In this document: one piece after another, positions 54,188 to 62,694 of the stretch
How the letters are laid out: the number at the start of each line of letters is the position of its first letter
Position numbering within the stretch: the first letter of the stretch is position 1
Source of the DNA: a virus
Strand: one strand, 5' to 3'
IMG/VR virus record: IMGVR_UViG_3300038415_000126
Coordinates: 1 to 64,000 of that record
Length of the DNA: 64,000 bases
Position numbers and translations under genes: made by a program
The notes under the pieces: model-generated
Databases searched by the model: none
Told to the model about the DNA's origin: nothing
Seen by the model: only the letters and a program-made list of their open reading frames with translations

Positions 54188-54958
54188 ATGCCAGAGGGTA
54201 CCTTAGAGCAAGTCATTAGAAGAGTCAGAAGTCTCTACGACTTGGCTGATAACACGACCGAGCATGAGGCTTCCACTGCTATCGGGGCTGCCGAACGACT
54301 CATGCAGAAGTATAGATTGACCCAGGTCGATCTCCTCCAGACCTACACTGTGGCGACCGAGATACCCTCTGAATGTGAATACCCAATTGAGTTTGCAGGT
54401 AGAATCCACCGCTGGAAGGGTCTGCTCATCCTGGACCTCGCCAAACAATACGGGTGCTCAATCTACTACCATACCCGCCGCCCGAAGGTAGGACCTAAAC
54501 GAATTGAGGTTAGAGTAGTTGGCCTACCCTCTGATGTAGCCATGCTCAGGATACAGTACGACAGCATCAAACAACAGGTCAACAATCTCACTCGAATTAA
54601 CACTAGAGGCCAGGGGATAAGAAACGCAGACAGTTACCGAAAAGGCCTCACAGACTCGATTCGCAGGGAACTGAAGGAACTAACTAATCAACTCAAACAA
54701 GAGTCATCGACTACCGCCATAGTGTTGCTTGATAGCAGGCTTCCTAAAGCCAAGAAAGCCAGGGATGAGTTACACCCAGATCTGACCGATAGATGTACCT
54801 CGTTTTCAGAACCAGCTTCAAATGCCTACATCCAGGGTTGGACTGACGGTGACAAGATCCACCTCGGTCGTGAACTTCCAGATCAATCTAAACCTGGTGA
54901 ACCAGTAGGGTACCTTAGCTCCGATAGCCACTCTATGACTGAACCGCCTTCGGAGTAA
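54188..54958 (+). CDS. DUF2786-domain protein
   Basis: IRRVRSLYDLA..TTEHEASTA...AERLMQKY N-terminal motif, SYRKG, AYIQGW.DG; start could be 54110. Confidence 0.8.
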   Translation: MPEGTLEQVIRRVRSLYDLADNTTEHEASTAIGAAERLMQKYRLTQVDLLQTYTVATEIPSECEYPIEFAGRIHRWKGLLILDLAKQYGCSIYYHTRRPKVGPKRIEVRVVGLPSDVAMLRIQYDSIKQQVNNLTRINTRGQGIRNADSYRKGLTDSIRRELKELTNQLKQESSTTAIVLLDSRLPKAKKARDELHPDLTDRCTSFSEPASNAYIQGWTDGDKIHLGRELPDQSKPGEPVGYLSSDSHSMTEPPSE

Positions 54959-54960
54959 CG

Positions 54961-55269
54961 TCAGATCACCGGCTTGCGAGCATACCTTGAAACCCGTGGC
55001 CCAAGGTATGGCTCCTCCCAGTCAGAACATATCATGGCTGGAGATCGATACAAGTGAATGGCCCTTTGATGGTCTATACCCCCAGTCTCATCAAGGTCAA
55101 AGCTCCAGGACACCAACACCTCGTACCCACGAGCACAAGTCCCCCTCCAAGTATAAATCGAATCCGGCTCCCGACCTATCGCATCCACCCCAACAACACC
55201 CCTCCCAGGATACATCGAAGGACTGAATCGACACTTGTCACACGGTGCTGGCATCGGATCAGTTGGCAT
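54961..55269 (-). CDS. Cys-rich paralog 2 with C-terminal tag
   Basis: PCDKCR.SP.MYPG.G; ends RVSRYARKPVI. Confidence 0.75.
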   Translation of the reverse strand: MPTDPMPAPCDKCRFSPSMYPGRGVVGVDAIGREPDSIYTWRGTCARGYEVLVSWSFDLDETGGIDHQRAIHLYRSPAMICSDWEEPYLGPRVSRYARKPVI

Positions 55270-55272
55270 AGA

Positions 55273-55578
55273 TCAAATCACAGGCTCCCTTGAGTAACGA
55301 CTAACCCTCGGCCCGTCATATGGCTCTTCCCGGTCACCACACTCAGTCCAAAACGGTAACCGAAACATGTAAATGACCCGCTCATGATCCTCATTCCAAA
55401 CCCATGTTATCGACACCGAATGACCCCTACTACATGAATTTTCCCAGTCAAAGCCCCCATCTGACACCTGATCAACTCGCTCACCAAGATAGCCCTTCCC
55501 AGGATAGGTAGCAGGACTGTACCGACACCCGTCACAAGGTTGCAGCATGGATGAGTTGCTCATGAAAAACTTTGACAC
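55273..55578 (-). CDS. Cys-rich paralog 3 with C-terminal tag
   Basis: PCDGCRYSPATYPGKG; ends RVSRYSREPVI. Confidence 0.75.
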   Translation of the reverse strand: MSKFFMSNSSMLQPCDGCRYSPATYPGKGYLGERVDQVSDGGFDWENSCSRGHSVSITWVWNEDHERVIYMFRLPFWTECGDREEPYDGPRVSRYSREPVI

Positions 55579-55581
55579 CGG

Positions 55582-56154
55582 TCAATCCTCGGCCTCAAAC
55601 TCCATCCCGTCCAGCCATGACATATCGTCAGAGCCCGTAGACGAAGTATCAACCTCAGCTGAAGACTCAACCAGCCTGCTCAAAGCCTCCGTCACCAAAG
55701 AATCCCAGGTGAGATTCGTTCCCTCCATCACAGATAGAATCACTGACCTGTTGCACTTCAACCACAGGTCACTTGGTATGGAAGCGCATACCTTCCTTGG
55801 TGGCTCAGTTGGTGTGGCTCGCTCCCGTACTGTAACCCGAATGACCTCAGGGACAAGTTGACCAATCTCACTTGGAACACCAAGCCCATTGACCGGTAAC
55901 TCGTCAGGGACAACACATCCAGCTGCTATCCAATACCGTACAGGTTCAGCGCTGAACCACTCGCCTCGGAACCGGTGTTCGTGGAAGAGCATGTGGAGGG
56001 TTCTTTCAAGGTTGGGTCCACCAGGGATGAAGGTCAACAGCTTGAGCTGATAGGGAAAGCACCCTTGTAGGTCAGACACCCTCCGGGCTACGTCTGTCGT
56101 CACCCCTATCTTGATGATGCCTGCCCCAATAGCTTACACGAAGTACACATACAT
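55582..56154 (-). pseudogene. GIY-YIG (T5orf172/Mug113-like) nuclease with in-frame TAA at codon 7
   Basis: MYVYFV*AIGAGIIKIGVTTDVARRVSDLQ...LERTLH..F...RFRGEWF; TAA at 56136-56134. Confidence 0.75.
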
Positions 56155-56165
56155 GGGCCTGTCAG

Positions 56166-56516
56166 TCATCGCCCGTCCTCCTCAAAACTGTCTGCCCTAG
56201 CCAATAGGTCTGCCCACTCGTCGCTACCAACCTCCAAAGGCTTGGGTGAAGATCCACCCTCAACTGCCCCTACCAGGATGAGACCTGCCTCGTCGTCACT
56301 ACTCTCAGAGTGTTGATCTGGCTCCTGAGAACCAGTCAGTGAGGGTGATACCTCTTGGCCCTTGAGCTTGGCAGCTACTAGAAGCCGTATCCACTCCGAT
56401 ATAGTTCTTTCTTCTGCACGGGCGCGGAGCGCCATTGCTTGATAAAGGCTCTCCGTGAACCTGACTTTTGCTACCCTAGAGCGTATTTCAGCCACTTCAT
56501 CGGTAGTATACACCAA
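56166..56516 (-). CDS. Ribbon-helix-helix DNA-binding protein with acidic tail
   Basis: VAKVRFTESLYQAMALRARAEERTISEWIRLLV. Confidence 0.7.
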   Translation of the reverse strand: MVYTTDEVAEIRSRVAKVRFTESLYQAMALRARAEERTISEWIRLLVAAKLKGQEVSPSLTGSQEPDQHSESSDDEAGLILVGAVEGGSSPKPLEVGSDEWADLLARADSFEEDGR

Positions 56517-56535
56517 GAGGCCCTCTAGGGTGACA

Positions 56536-56679
56536 ATGTAGTTTTTCGTGGTCCCCCTACATGTAGTTTTTCGTGGTCCCCCTACATGTAGTTTTTCGTG
56601 GTCCCCCTACATGTAGTTTTTCGTGGTCCCCCTACATGTAGTTTTTCGTGGTCCCCCTACATGTAGTTTTTCGTGGTCC
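56536..56679. repeat. Tandem array of 25-bp unit ATGTAGTTTTTCGTGGTCCCCCTAC (5 full copies plus a 19-bp partial); iteron-like
   Basis: Exact copies starting 56536, 56561, 56586, 56611, 56636, 56661. Confidence 0.95.
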
Positions 56680-57239
56680 ACTCAAACGGACCACGCTGGA
56701 CCACGGTTGCCTACCCCGCAAATACCAAACCCACCCGGTCCGAAATTCTAAAATAACCAATCATTCACAATTAACCCACAATTCAATGCGCTTCCGCGCG
56801 CTGATATGTTGTGTGTTTCCATACTCCAATCGAACCAGCACACACTTTCACTGCAGTTCACCGTGTGTTTCGTGTGGCCTGCTTAGATTCACAGTAAAAC
56901 ACACAACGAATGACATCGCGCCTCCGGCGCCCTGTGTTTCACTGTGAAAAGTATCATGGTAGGATACACGCACCTGAACGAGGCGCGAAGCGACAGGTTG
57001 GGGTGGGTGGGTTCATGGATAACCCTGAATGGCTCCCTCGACGTTCTAGTATGTAGGCAGAGGAGCGGTTCAGAGCTATAGGTCTGAGAGGGGTAGATGC
57101 GCACATGATGGTTAGAGGATGCGTTCGTAGCTATAGCTACGAAGCTAGTGCTTGCACACATGGTGAGCTAAAGTATCGTTGAAACCTGTATACAAGTATG
57201 AACCGATACTATGCTTACACGTAGAAAGTATAAAGTTGG

Positions 57240-57269
57240 TTGAGTTCTTGGGTGGCCTACGCGTAATAG
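57240..57269 (+). promoter_or_regulatory. Class 1 phage promoter-like motif
   Basis: TTGAGT-N18(...CGCG)-TAATAG, ATG 6 nt downstream. Confidence 0.7.
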
Positions 57270-57275
57270 TAGGGT

Positions 57276-57602
57276 ATGGCAACCCCAAAGATAAACTTAG
57301 TCTCCGAAGTAGTAGTTCGACGCAGGGATGGGAAGCTCTACCTGATGAATACTCGGGCTACTGGGTGGCAGTTTAGCTCTATCCCCATAAACAGTGAGAA
57401 GATCCTGCTGAGGGTCTTTAACGTTCAACTGGGGGAGTGGACTCGTGACGAATACTCGGAGTACTGTCCGGTGCACAGTCTACCACGCTCGGAGTTACCG
57501 ACACTCCATGACGATGAGAAGCCAGCCTCAGAGATGAAAGTGCTTTGGGAGATCGCGGATGTTGGGGCTGAGTACAGTCATGGGTTCCGAAGGAAGCCAT
57601 GA
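57276..57602 (+). CDS. Hypothetical protein; paralog of the N-terminal domain of 57709-58392
   Basis: LYLMN...GW...LG.WTRDEYSEYCPV shared. Confidence 0.75.
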   Translation: MATPKINLVSEVVVRRRDGKLYLMNTRATGWQFSSIPINSEKILLRVFNVQLGEWTRDEYSEYCPVHSLPRSELPTLHDDEKPASEMKVLWEIADVGAEYSHGFRRKP

Positions 57603-57708
57603 GGGTCAGTACCGTACTCAAGTAAAACTTGTTCAGTAGAGGGTTAATCCACTAGGGGTGAAACTCAAAACTTGTTCAGCAGTACGATAATCCAATGAGG
57701 GTGAAGAC

Positions 57709-58392
57709 ATGGCAAAGCAAAACTTGTTCAGCAATACAGTAATCCGTCGGGACGGTACCGGTGGGGACCTATACCTGATGAACCGGTTGGAGGGTGGTTG
57801 GCGCTCTCTAGCTGTCCCGGTGGCGAGTGAGGAGGCGCTCTTGGCCAAGTACAATGTACGGCTGGGGGCATGGACCCGAGACGAGTACTCGGAGTACTGT
57901 CCTGTGCTCTGCCTGGGGAGAGAAGAGCTGAGCACCATTCCCCCGCCAGCCCCTGACATGAAGCCGGTGGTCATTGTTGACGGGCTCAACGTGCTCAAGG
58001 GTTACAGCCTCATGGGTGATGGGGTGATCTCAGAGAATGAGGCGTTCGAAGCCATCGTGCGGACCAATGCCGGCCCAACTCTCATGGACGACAGCTACAA
58101 GTCTGGCCCGGTCCTAGTCGATGACGGGACCACCAAGAAGGTACATGACCTGTTGGACGCGCATCCGGAGCTGGTTGAGATAGGATCTGGAGGGCAGCCG
58201 TTCATGGTCGGTGACGGTATCACCCATGAGACCGTACGTGAGCTGGCCCGTGGTAGGGCTGGGTACAGCTCTGCTCTTGGCCCTAGCACGCTACCGGTTG
58301 ACCCCTATGAAGTGCTTCTTGAGGAGGGTCTGCGAAAGGTTATCCAGCTCCATGAGCTCGTTGACACAGCTGAACGTGAGAAGAAGCCGTGA
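57709..58392 (+). CDS. Hypothetical protein; paralog of 57276-57602 with C-terminal extension
   Basis: Same motif; GAGGGTG SD. Confidence 0.75.
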   Translation: MAKQNLFSNTVIRRDGTGGDLYLMNRLEGGWRSLAVPVASEEALLAKYNVRLGAWTRDEYSEYCPVLCLGREELSTIPPPAPDMKPVVIVDGLNVLKGYSLMGDGVISENEAFEAIVRTNAGPTLMDDSYKSGPVLVDDGTTKKVHDLLDAHPELVEIGSGGQPFMVGDGITHETVRELARGRAGYSSALGPSTLPVDPYEVLLEEGLRKVIQLHELVDTAEREKKP

Positions 58393-58742
58393 CGTTCAAG
58401 GACGAATCAGACCTCATCGACCCTCGTGGGCAGGTACCGGTGGACGACCAAAGCGAGGTCGAAGAAGAGGCGGAAGAAGACCAATCACTCATTCCAACAC
58501 TCCCATGCCCTGCTGGGGACCCAACACGACCCACACTACCTAGCATTGAAGTCAGCACAACACGGCAGAACAAGACTGCGCTAACCAATGAGATTGTAAG
58601 ACTTCAACAGGTGTTAGTACACGGCTATCAGAACAAGGCGGCTTCAAAAGAACGTATGAATATATGGGTAAACCTAGGGATCTGTAAGTCCCTACTCAAG
58701 AACCTGAAACAAATGGAAAGCCGAAGAAAACCACGTCAGTGA
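58389..58742 (+). CDS. Hypothetical protein
   Basis: GTGA overlap. Confidence 0.6.
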   Translation: MTFKDESDLIDPRGQVPVDDQSEVEEEAEEDQSLIPTLPCPAGDPTRPTLPSIEVSTTRQNKTALTNEIVRLQQVLVHGYQNKAASKERMNIWVNLGICKSLLKNLKQMESRRKPRQ

Positions 58743-58749
58743 GGATGTC

Positions 58750-58989
58750 ATGAAGTTCGTCATCGCTCATCGGGAGGTGTCAGGTGTCTACCTCTGCTAC
58801 CAAGAGGGTCTCAACCCGTACTGGGGACCGCGCGAGCTGGCGCGGGAGTACTCAGCTGAGGCGATTGCCGAGCTCACCAAGGTCTTCCCTCAGTGGAAGT
58901 ACCTTCTTGGGGTCAGCCATGAGGAGGCTTCGATTCAGGTGGACCAGAGCCCCGATACGGTCCCTCCCAAGGGTGGCTGCAGGCTTTGA
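58750..58989 (+). CDS. Hypothetical protein
   Basis: GAGGA SD. Confidence 0.6.
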   Translation: MKFVIAHREVSGVYLCYQEGLNPYWGPRELAREYSAEAIAELTKVFPQWKYLLGVSHEEASIQVDQSPDTVPPKGGCRL

Positions 58990-59294
58990 AGGGTTTGAAG
59001 AACACAGAGCCCTATGGTAAGTGAGCGTAATCACTAACTTCAGCAGGCTTTAGCTTGCAATGGGTGCAGGCTTTGGCTATGCTGGTTCTTGCGGGCTGGC
59101 CCTCTTGTTTCTTCTGCCGATTCTGCTATCCCCACTTTCATCGTCGCGGAGGGTCAGCCCGTACTACAATAGAGAGTGGGACTGAGATGGCAATGGATGC
59201 CACCATTGCGATGAGGGCTGCCTTCCGGTTACCGCCCATGAGGTAGCTGATGACCATGGATGTGAGTCCGAAGAGGAGGGCTTTGGTGACCATG

Positions 59295-59504
59295 CTAGAG
59301 CTTGATTCCAAGTAGGGGGTCAAACTTGTACCCTTGGGCTTCTTCCGGGTTGGGACTGGGTGTCACTGGCGCCCCAAGATTGCCCAAACACCCCTGCTCA
59401 ACGAGCTTTGAGACCGAAACAAAGGGGTGCTTACTCTTTTGGTCAATGATCCAAGCTTTGAGTTGCGGGGTCAATGTAACGCAAATAGTAGGAACTTTTG
59501 CCAT
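59295..59504 (-). CDS. Ribbon-helix-helix (CopG/ParD-like) protein
   Basis: TICVTLTPQLKAWI......F.SVSKLV. Confidence 0.6.
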   Translation of the reverse strand: MAKVPTICVTLTPQLKAWIIDQKSKHPFVSVSKLVEQGCLGNLGAPVTPSPNPEEAQGYKFDPLLGIKL

Positions 59505-59505
59505 T

Positions 59506-59552
59506 GTACGGTATCAACGTACTACTTTAGTACCGTACTAAGGTAAAGTCAA
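59506..59552 (-). promoter_or_regulatory. Sigma70-type promoter TTGACT-N17-TAAAGT with overlapping inverted repeat GTACGGTA/TACCGTAC
   Basis: -35 at 59552-59547, -10 at 59529-59524; repeat arms 59506-13 and 59531-38. Confidence 0.65.
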
Positions 59553-59570
59553 GTTCATGGGGTGACCACG

Positions 59571-59894
59571 TTACCCGCCCATGGACGTCACATCATAGGT
59601 GCGCCATCGCCGGAGGATGTCCTGGTGGTCAGGTCCGTCTATCTCGTCGCTTGGTTGGTCTGCCACGGTAGCCTGGCTGCTCAAGAGGAGCTGGACCACG
59701 GAGGTCAGCTCGATGGGTAGCAGGGGCTTATTGGCGGCGGCCATGGGCGCCCCAACCCTCACGGTCGTATGGGCGCTCTTCGCTAGGCCCATCACCTCTA
59801 CGACGTAAGTGTAGCAGCCCATGGTAGGGTCTTCCTCGAACTCGGTTATGACCCGGGCGCGCAAGTAGCCTGTGACATCAAGTCGAGTGATCAT
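59571..59894 (-). CDS. Hypothetical protein
   Basis: Coupled ORF; ends SMGG. Confidence 0.6.
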   Translation of the reverse strand: MITRLDVTGYLRARVITEFEEDPTMGCYTYVVEVMGLAKSAHTTVRVGAPMAAANKPLLPIELTSVVQLLLSSQATVADQPSDEIDGPDHQDILRRWRTYDVTSMGG

Positions 59895-60283
59895 CCTGTG
59901 TGCTTTCTGTGAGTGAGGAAGGCAAGGAACACTAGGGCTGCCAATAACCCAATACTACCGCTCCCGATGATGTACCACGGGTATGGGACATCGGTCACGA
60001 TGACCTGGGTCACATGCTGAATCGAACCATCGGATCGTACCCGATAGATGCCCGGCTCAAGCTTGCACGTGCAGTCGTTCATCTCGTGTTGTTATCCCCC
60101 GAGTAGACTCGGTAGCCTAGGGCCTTGAGGGCTCCCGTCACGGTAGCGATGTCATGCGCGTGTTGGCGCGGCCCTCGGGGGATCAGTGTCGGGACGTAGT
60201 CGTACTCCTTGCAAGCATTGACCAACTGTTCGAACGTGGTGAAGGCGGTCACGCGCGAGGTAGCCGCATCGAGGGTGACGGTA

Positions 60284-60463
60284 TCAGTGGCCATGACCGT
60301 CCATGTCCTGGAGGGTGTCGAGGACCAGCTCTTGGATGCCCTTCAGAGCGCCCTCCTCGGTCTTGTCGAGCCAGCTCAGGCTGGGGAACTTGAGGTAGGT
60401 CCCAACGAACGCCTGGTCCTCCTCAGACCATTCAACGCGGTAGTATCGAGTGTCAGCTTCCAT
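60284..60463 (-). CDS. HicB-like antitoxin N-terminal domain
   Basis: YYRVEWSEEDQAFVG....FPSLSW...TEEGALKGI..LV. Confidence 0.75.
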   Translation of the reverse strand: MEADTRYYRVEWSEEDQAFVGTYLKFPSLSWLDKTEEGALKGIQELVLDTLQDMDGHGH

Positions 60464-60893
60464 CGAACTTCTTTCCCTCAAGGAGGGTGATCTGCTTCTT
60501 CAAGGATCTGATCTTGGCCGCTCTCATGACTTCAGCTCTCCCTAGGGCCTCTTCCTTGGTGTCCCACCAGTCTCCCTTGTGGAAGTAGGCGCGGTTGTCA
60601 TTGTCCACGGCTGAACCAGCACTGAACCCATCCAACACCCTGACCTCGGTCTCGTACACCCCTTGGTGAGAGCGTACTTGGTGATCCATACTCGACGAAT
60701 CTCAGTTGCCACTATTCGACTCCGTATTCGGTAGGATCCTCGCCCCGGTACCACTCATCGAAGGTCATACCCTCACGGTTCAAGGCCGGTTGAGCCCGAC
60801 GCTTCTCAGAGAGGTTGAAATTGAACAGCTCCGAGAGAGTCATCGTGCTCAAGTCGGGGTCACCATGAGTGGTACTGCTGGGGGTCATGTCTA

Positions 60894-60922
60894 GTATTAC
60901 GCTTCAGCCTTGGGTTTCTCAA
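60894..60922 (-). promoter_or_regulatory. Class 1 phage promoter-like motif
   Basis: TTGAGA-N17-TAATAC, ATG 5 nt downstream. Confidence 0.65.
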
Positions 60923-61631
60923 CCTCAGGCTTCTTCTTTTTAGCCTCCTCCCAGGGCATGACTGGGTAGCTGGCATCGCCCGTATCAACCCCTGCAATCC
61001 TCAAAGCATCAAGCATGCCTGCGAGAATTTCCTTGGCCTCCTGAGTGTATGCCGAATGGATGACTAGAGCATTCCGCACTGACTGTAGCTCTTGCTGGGA
61101 GAGGTTCAAGAACGTCACCTCGAAACCCTCTTGTGACGTGTGAGAGACTCTGCAGGTGAGGTTGGTAGGCTCAGGCGTCTTCTTGGCAGCTACGGCCGTA
61201 GGCGTAGGGTTCTTCTTCTCAGAGACCGATGGGGGCTCGGGAACGAGCTTGCACCAACTCTCCAGGTTGGCCACGAAGGTGCACCACTCGTGGCTCATCT
61301 TCGGCCCCCAGGTTTCAGAGCTCTGGTCAAGGGTTCTGGCAATCTTGATCAGGGCAATGACCACTTCTAGTACGCCCTTCCGATCTACATCGCGCAAGTT
61401 CACATACTCAGGCGGGTCGCCCTGCTTTGGTGGCGACAGCTTCTCGGCCAGGTACTTGAGCTCGTTCTTCAGTTTCTTGAGGTATTTCACTTTGCGCCTT
61501 TCAAGCGGGTTATGCGTTCTCCGGTTTTTACTAGTTGGTCTACTGGCAGGTACATCAAGTCGAAAGCTTGGTTCTCCAGGTCCTCGGGCGTCCCTAAAGC
61601 CCCAAAAATCAGGTGACTGATCTGAACGCAA
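60897..61631 (-). CDS. Hypothetical protein (true start probably near 61490)
   Basis: Long ORF; its stop codon coincides with the promoter TAA. Confidence 0.6.
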   Translation of the reverse strand: MRSDQSPDFWGFRDARGPGEPSFRLDVPASRPTSKNRRTHNPLERRKVKYLKKLKNELKYLAEKLSPPKQGDPPEYVNLRDVDRKGVLEVVIALIKIARTLDQSSETWGPKMSHEWCTFVANLESWCKLVPEPPSVSEKKNPTPTAVAAKKTPEPTNLTCRVSHTSQEGFEVTFLNLSQQELQSVRNALVIHSAYTQEAKEILAGMLDALRIAGVDTGDASYPVMPWEEAKKKKPEVEKPKAEA

Positions 61632-62694
61632 ACTGTGGCTTTAGCCTTGAGGTAAACCTCGGTCTCGGTAAGTGGTGGCTCAGCCATCTTCTGTGCTTGA
61701 GGAGCTGATTGTACCCTGAAAACAAGTTTGGGGATACTCGGGTCGTTTGACTCATCAGCCACTTCTTTCAGCCTTGGTATAAGCAGGCTTGGATGCGCCC
61801 CCTCCCAGGCTAAGTCAGTTGTGTGCATCAATGCTTCCTTAGGATTAGGGCCCAAAAGATCGCAGTGGCCGAGAGAATGTACCACACGACATGGCTTGGA
61901 AAGACCTTCTCGGCCCGATAGGTCACCCCCGCCCCCATCTTGGTCGTGAGCCAGGAGAAGAACCCATCCGCATGTTGCCCCCACGTGTTCGCCCCATGGA
62001 CGAGGAGCCCAATGATGAGGAGTAGGCCCGCTAGGATGATGCAAAGTACTGTAATCATGGTTCTTTCACGTCCCGGATCTCGTAGTAGCTCCCACTCTCA
62101 TGGTCGAACGAGGATACTTCTTGCTTGATTGGGGTTTTCCATACATGAACGTCCGGCCCTAGGAGAACTCGGATGAAGGCTTCGACGGTACTGAGGGAGA
62201 TTTTGTCTTGTTGTGGTCCGATGGGCTCAACCACTCGGACATGGGCGCGGCCCTCTGAGAGCTGACCATCGAAGGACATTCGGATGGTCTTGGGTAGCAC
62301 GCCCTTGTGGTAGGTCACTCGCACATCAATCTGATTGAGCATAGGTCACCTCAGGAGCTCTGGTGGAACGTCTTCGCACGGTACTCGGAAGGCTGATCGC
62401 ATCCAATAGCACAGGCAGATCTTTGGCGCGCGGGGGTCGCGCCGGTACATGGGCGTGTCCCATGACTCTTGGGACCGTTGACTAATGCTCACTAGGAGGA
62501 TGAAGAGCCCTACAGCGACTGTAAGGCCAATCAGCAAGAACAGGATGATCTTGCTTGCCTTGCTGTGCTCTGGCTTAAGGTTTGGGTCTATTGTCATCGT
62601 CGACCACACCACTCGGTCACTGAGCACCATAAGGTGCAACCAACAAGGACCGTGACCCATACCGAGGCGCAGCCCCAATCATATATCGCACGCA

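Noticed and set aside
257-55578. C-terminal tag as a DNA repeat, attC-like site or ThiF substrate
   Set aside because: Synonymous codon variation and the lack of a palindrome argue for peptide-level selection. E1-like enzymes normally need a C-terminal Gly, not Val-Ile.
49604-56154. Alternative genetic code (TGA=Trp or TAA=Gln)
   Set aside because: TGA, TAA and TAG all terminate clearly bounded genes, including the tagged ones, and one internal TGA sits at an Arg position rather than Trp.
56536-56679. Second CRISPR array
   Set aside because: The units are contiguous, with no spacers.
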